Source: Pavona decussata
Lineage: Eukaryota
Reading direction: 5' to 3'
Assembly (NCBI GenBank): GCA_977016875.1
Contig: CDRNST010000006.1
Span: 3,658,001 to 3,722,000 of the forward strand
DNA length: 64,000 nucleotides
Positions 60,001-64,000 of the stretch are shown here, one piece after another. Positions within the stretch are counted from its first letter, which is position 1. Each line of letters starts with the position of its first letter. The translations under genes were made by a program, and so were the position numbers. Below the pieces are notes generated by a model, which was given only the letters and a program-made list of their open reading frames with translations, was not told the DNA's origin and searched no databases.

Positions 60001-63000
60001 GCAGCTCATAATGCTGCCATTGCAGCATTTTGCTGGCCTAGGTTGCAGCTCGTAATGCTGCCATTGCAGCATGTTGCTGGTCTAGGTTGCAGCTCATAAT
60101 GCTGCCACATCAGCATGTTGCTGGTCTAGGGTGCAGCTCTTAATGCTGCCATTGTAGCATGTTGCTGGCCCAGGTTGCAGCTTGTAATGCTGCAATTGCG
60201 GCATGTTGCCATATCAGCTTGTAGTGCCAGGAGAAGTGAGGCCTTGAAATGGACATGTAATTGGAGTCATCAGTCACGCTAATTGCCGAGTGCTCAGCCT
60301 TCCCCAAATTTATGCCTGATGCATCTTGTAGTCCTGTAGTGTTACTCTATGTTTTGTTAAAGCTCATGTGTCTAGATACTCTAAAGGGAGCAGTGACATT
60401 ACTTCTTAACAGTCTTTCCTAACCTCTTTACTTGAGTTTTCATTACCCCAGCGTTAGTTATCTAACTACATTGTAGGTCATAGCTGGAATATATTTCCAA
60501 GTAAGGCCTATGAATATTTGGCTTTGTCAACTGAGTTGATATTAGGTTATTAGACCACTGTAACGAAATTCGAGAGTTCTTGATTCTCTGTATGGTAGCC
60601 AAAATGATAACTTTTACTATCATTCACGAGTTCGCGCACAGAGCACTTTGATTTCGAACAAGTAGTATTCGACTTATTAGCTTAGATTTATATTTTCTAT
60701 AACACGGTGAATATTCAATAACGGCTGGGAGTTGTTTTTAAAGCCGCCAGTATTTACGCAGCGGATAAGATTCGAAATATGATAGCTGTCGCTCGTTGAT
60801 TTCATAAAATGCTAATTTTGTGTTTGTCGTTAACCCGTTGAAGTCTTTTGTTTTGTTTGACAATACCACACAAAGAGAACTTACAGCGATGAATGACAAT
60901 GGCAAAAACGCGCACATTTAGACACGTCTAAAAATACGCGCATGCACGTTTTTGCTGCGTATAAAACGCGTCTGCGTAGTTCGCTTAATTCTGGCCTGCA
61001 CTGTAGGTGATAAACCAAAAATTCATTTCCAGTCTCCACCAGTGATGCAGTATGACAGTTCTTTAGAAATGTAACCTCTCATCTATTATTTTGTACAGAC
61101 CAAAACTGCTTTTTCCTAATTATATATTTGCAGCACTGTCTGCTAGAGGAAAATCCAGATGCACTCAAAGTCAAAATCAAGTTAACGGATGTGTGTCCTG
61201 TTCTCAAGTTATCATTTGATTGCCTGCTACACATCTTGTCTTATCTCCCACTCATTGATTTGTGCAGGTATGTGTATGGGTCATTCTTGACCATTGGAAA
61301 CATTGCAACGACACATGTTGCTTTTCATGGTATCCCAGAATTTCTGTTTTAGAATGCTGGCCAACTCTACTAGTAGTCATCTGTACAACACAATGTACAG
61401 TAATGAAGACAAAATACTTGCAAAGTATTTTTAACTGCATTTTTGTCAGTTTTACAAGTAGTCCATGTACCAGTAGTCAAAATGAAAACAAAAATTTAAA
61501 TTATACATGTAGCAACTCACACATCTATAATTTAAGATTGAATTTCACTGGAAAAGTGGTTAAAGTTCTTCAATGACATGAAATCACAGCTTCACTGCAA
61601 TGGGCACATCTTGATCACAAGATGGAGATTCTTCTGACAGCCATTGAAGCCAATCCATAAAATTACAGATGAACTTTCATGTATTTGTGGTTTTACAACC
61701 AAAAATACATGAAAATGGTCCTCGTTTCCTGTGTCCTTAATGCCACTATCAGAGCTCTCCTATCTCATGTCTCCATGTCTGATGCCACCAAACATGTTTC
61801 TGCATCCCCATCAAACACACAAGTTTTATTAGACATTGATTGTACATTGTGCAGTTCTAGAAAAAATCCATACCCACCCTGAGGAAGGTCATTGGAAATT
61901 CCTAGGGGGAGGGGGATCTTAAAAAGTCAAAATTTTAGAAGGATTCAAGTATGAAGCTAAACTGGAATATTTTCCTTGGGGGAGGGGGTGCAAACAAAAA
62001 CCTTCTGTTGGGGGGTGGGGGGGGGGAGTATGGATGTTTTCTGGAACTGCACATTTGACTTGTGGTATAATTTTTCTCTTGCGAGTGCCATAGTTGCCCT
62101 TGGGTGATTTGGTGCTGCTGATAAGTCACACTGGTTACTAGTACTTGTTATCTTATCACAATGAGTGATACTCTTTTCTGTTTGTAGTGCAAGTTGTGTT
62201 TGCAGTATGTGGAATCAAGTGTCATCCCAGCCCATCCTGGTTAGAACTCAACCTTGCTTTCTATGTTTGTACATAAAATGTTTCAATTGCTTCAAATTAT
62301 GCTACACTCTAAATTAATGTGATATCTGTAATGATCCCTGAATCTATAGGTCTTAATACTATATACAAGGCTGTTGCCTAACGGGAGCCTGGGGCACCCA
62401 AGAAATTGCTCTGGGCACCTAAATTTTTTGCTGCCTGACCAGCTGGGCTCCTTACTTCTTGGCTTTTAGCCTTGTGGGCTCCATGAAATAAATTTATTTT
62501 TCTTAGGCTTGCAAAAGCCTTGGTACGTGTTAACTGCAACAGCCAGATTTAACTCAGCATTTTTAATAAAGCTTGTGAGTCCAACATGGCTGCCAAGCAC
62601 ATGGTCCCATTTCCCAGCATATTTAGCAAGCTAATACACTGCAATAACCTGTATTGGAGGGAGGATGTGCGAGGGGAGGGGGTGGGGAGGTATTGTAAGG
62701 TCAACTCAGAGGAGATGTCACAGATATAGCCAGTTCCCAGGAGGCTGGGAAGCTGTTGCAGTCATCCAAGTCGCTCTTGAAACTGATTCAGTTTGTTTAT
62801 TCCTATATAATCTGTTCAGCTTTGTTCTGTCTAAATATTTTCACTTCAAATGCAATGTTATTACACTGTAGTAAGTAGGTTTCAGTAATGGTGTTATGTG
62901 ATTCTACAGTGGAGAAGAGTGTCACTGCATGGACTTCAAGTTAAGGACTGGGACATGGCAGTGAGATGGATGATGCAGTTTTCTACTCAGAGACTGGTGG

Positions 63001-63846
63001 GTTGCTAAATTTTGATTCTTCAGAAGGAATACTTTCATCTTTGTGGAGTAATGCCATTGTACTTACAAACTTTTGAATGTATGAACATTAAACTACAGTG
63101 TAGGTTAACTAAAAAAGATGGATAATTAGAGATTTTGTACAACCATTCCCAGTGTTCTGGAACTCTCTCACGGTCTCTTGTCTTGGGTAATTGGTATGCA
63201 GGCAAGTGTTCCATGAAATAACACAAGAAACTCGTAATTGGGAATGTAAGCAGTCGTTGCATAAAACCTCTTGTTATCTAAAGGTTGTCTTATGTACTCA
63301 GGCCATGGATGGTGTGAGAAAAATATTAGATTTCCCCTAAAAAAACCTTGGTTAACCTCCCCAGATGATAAGACTAGGAAATTATTTAAACTGGTAAAAC
63401 TTGTGTACGCAGGACTTGAGAGGCCTTGTACATTGCAAGAATCTTGCCAATTCCTGGTCAACCATTGGAAATGTGTTACGTCAATTATCTGGTCTCAAGA
63501 GGCTGGACTTTGGCCTGGTACCAACCTGGATCCTTCACCAAGTAGCAGAATCTTTACCAGAGTAAGCAGCCAATGTAACAGGGGGTATTTTGCAGAATGC
63601 AGAATGTAGTATTATTTTTACACTCATCTACAACATCTAGGGTTAAGCAATGAATGATAAGTTAGTATTATTTACATGTATGCCCAAACACTTCTCTATA
63701 TTCATTATTACTGATTACACAGATGGTTAGCTTTTAGTTGTTCTTATGACAGACATTTAACATTATAGGACTTCACTCTATGGACTCAGCATTCAACATG
63801 CTGCAAAATAACCCTGCCAGTCATGTTGTGTAGCAATGCACTGCAG
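51068..63846 (+). CDS. MBD domain + PHD finger + F-box (+ probable LRR) protein; continues past the window end
   Basis: Exons 51068-51122, 54654-54710, 55284-55369, 55483-55510, 55882-55964, 58144-58199, 58830-58986, 61134-61267, 62188-62239, 62910-62996, 63769-63846 (last is tentative). All GT-AG, one open frame. MBD: KPFDYGWQREIIYRHVGSGRNSDVIYVTPCGKKLNCRADVEKYL..FSFD. PHD C4HC3: CTRYC..CKMC..HPEC..CTHC. F-box: LSFDCLLHILSYLPLIDLCSASCVCSMWNQVSSQPILWRRVSL. Confidence 0.85.
51460..51590. repeat. Short degenerate tandem repeat (AATTATGTGCACAAT core)
   Basis: Four copies of (a)ttatgtgcacaat/ttgtgtgcacagt interspersed with taattatga. Confidence 0.6.
53336..54543 (-). mobile_element. Miniature, internally deleted Ty3/Gypsy LTR retrotransposon
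   Basis: 114-bp LTRs at 53336-53449 and 54430-54543 (7 mismatches). PBS 54411-54427 (TGGCGACAAGGATGGGA on minus). PPT 53450-53464. Frameshifted integrase C-half: TDNGPPFNSEDF..ITPIWPTANGEAERLMRTL..YRATPHSTTGKSPSELL..LRRSER. Confidence 0.93.
53560..53672. repeat. Three tandem copies of an ~37-bp unit at the integrase stop codon
   Basis: aatgttcaagttacatagtccttgaaatgttcaggca repeated; encodes PEHFKD/NY/FVT* on the minus strand. Confidence 0.8.
56985..57640 (+). mobile_element. Penelope-like retroelement 3' relic (GIY-YIG endonuclease region)
   Basis: Broken frames read IYLQLPYVGKKGEQL..KDKTPLLSKSFVVY/FKCPGCG..GKTNRTL..EHA..LLFKEALMIK..NLNLGLKG..LQLF*, followed by CTGATGA...GAAA. Confidence 0.8.
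59487..59530. repeat. (CCCT)n microsatellite
   Basis: About 11 units. Confidence 0.9.
59664..60225. repeat. 44-bp minisatellite, about 12 copies
   Basis: Unit ctaggttgcagctcgtaatgctgccattgcagcatgttgctgg(t/c), head-to-tail with no spacers, degenerate at both edges. Confidence 0.95.
61849..62052. mobile_element. 204-bp MITE of the GTGCAGTTCCAGAAAA family, ATT TSD
   Basis: Same TIR as 23016-24578; ATT at 61846-61848 and 62053-62055. Confidence 0.85.
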
Positions 63847-63866
63847 GTGCTCTTTTGTCGTCATGT

Positions 63867-63944
63867 AGGGTGGTGTACAAAATTCACTGCAAGGACTGTG
63901 AGGGAGACTATGTCGGAGAGACTGGAAGAGCCTTTAATGCCTTG
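63867..63944 (+). mobile_element. Penelope-like GIY-YIG fragment
   Basis: Reads RVVYKIHCKDCEGDYVGETGRAFNAL, the VVY.I.C..C...YVGETGR signature of Penelope endonucleases. Confidence 0.75.
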
Positions 63945-64000
63945 GAACGGTTTACTATCACAAAACGTTCTGAATATCTGGAAACAGTTTTGTGTTTCTG

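Noticed and set aside
59664-60225. CRISPR-like array, or a repeat protein from ORF 59663-59896
   Set aside because: Units are contiguous with no unique spacers, the context is a eukaryotic intron, and the 44-bp period is not a multiple of 3.
63035-63609. Cluster of 75-112-aa ORFs near the window end
   Set aside because: No recognisable motif and no splice-compatible link to the F-box frame; probably decayed repeat sequence.
63847-63944. Fusion of the GIY-YIG fragment to the F-box protein
   Set aside because: It is out of frame on read-through, and the implied 22-nt intron is too short.

Overview
This is AT-rich animal genomic DNA with spliceosomal GT-AG introns and a dense load of non-autonomous DNA transposons. 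The repeat style suggests a cnidarian, probably a stony coral (inference). There are two assembly gaps. By hand-splicing I reconstruct five protein-coding genes, four of them in two head-to-head pairs. (1) MUS81, minus strand: 14 phase-consistent exons at 71-14608, 3' end outside the window. (2) A 5-exon, 584-aa single-pass synaptotagmin (+, 15605-30505) whose C2 domains lack most Ca2+-ligand Asp residues; it is divergent from MUS81. (3) A 2-exon TWIK-subfamily K2P channel (-, 39149-44388). (4) An intronless DNA polymerase kappa (-, 48698-50947). (5) A gene starting only 120 bp from the POLK ATG (+, 51068 to beyond 63846), made of many small exons and almost invisible in the ORF track. It encodes MBD domain + PHD finger + F-box + probable LRR start, i.e. 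an FBXL19/KDM2-like chromatin ubiquitin-ligase layout with an MBD where those proteins have a CXXC. This gene and its shared promoter with POLK are the most interesting items. Introns carry many MITEs with recognisable TIRs/TSDs (some nested), a miniature internally deleted Gypsy element, Penelope and L2 relics, a tRNA-SINE, a CGGBP1-like hAT relic and a 44-bp minisatellite. All exon models come from reading frame and splice-site logic only and need RNA-seq confirmation.
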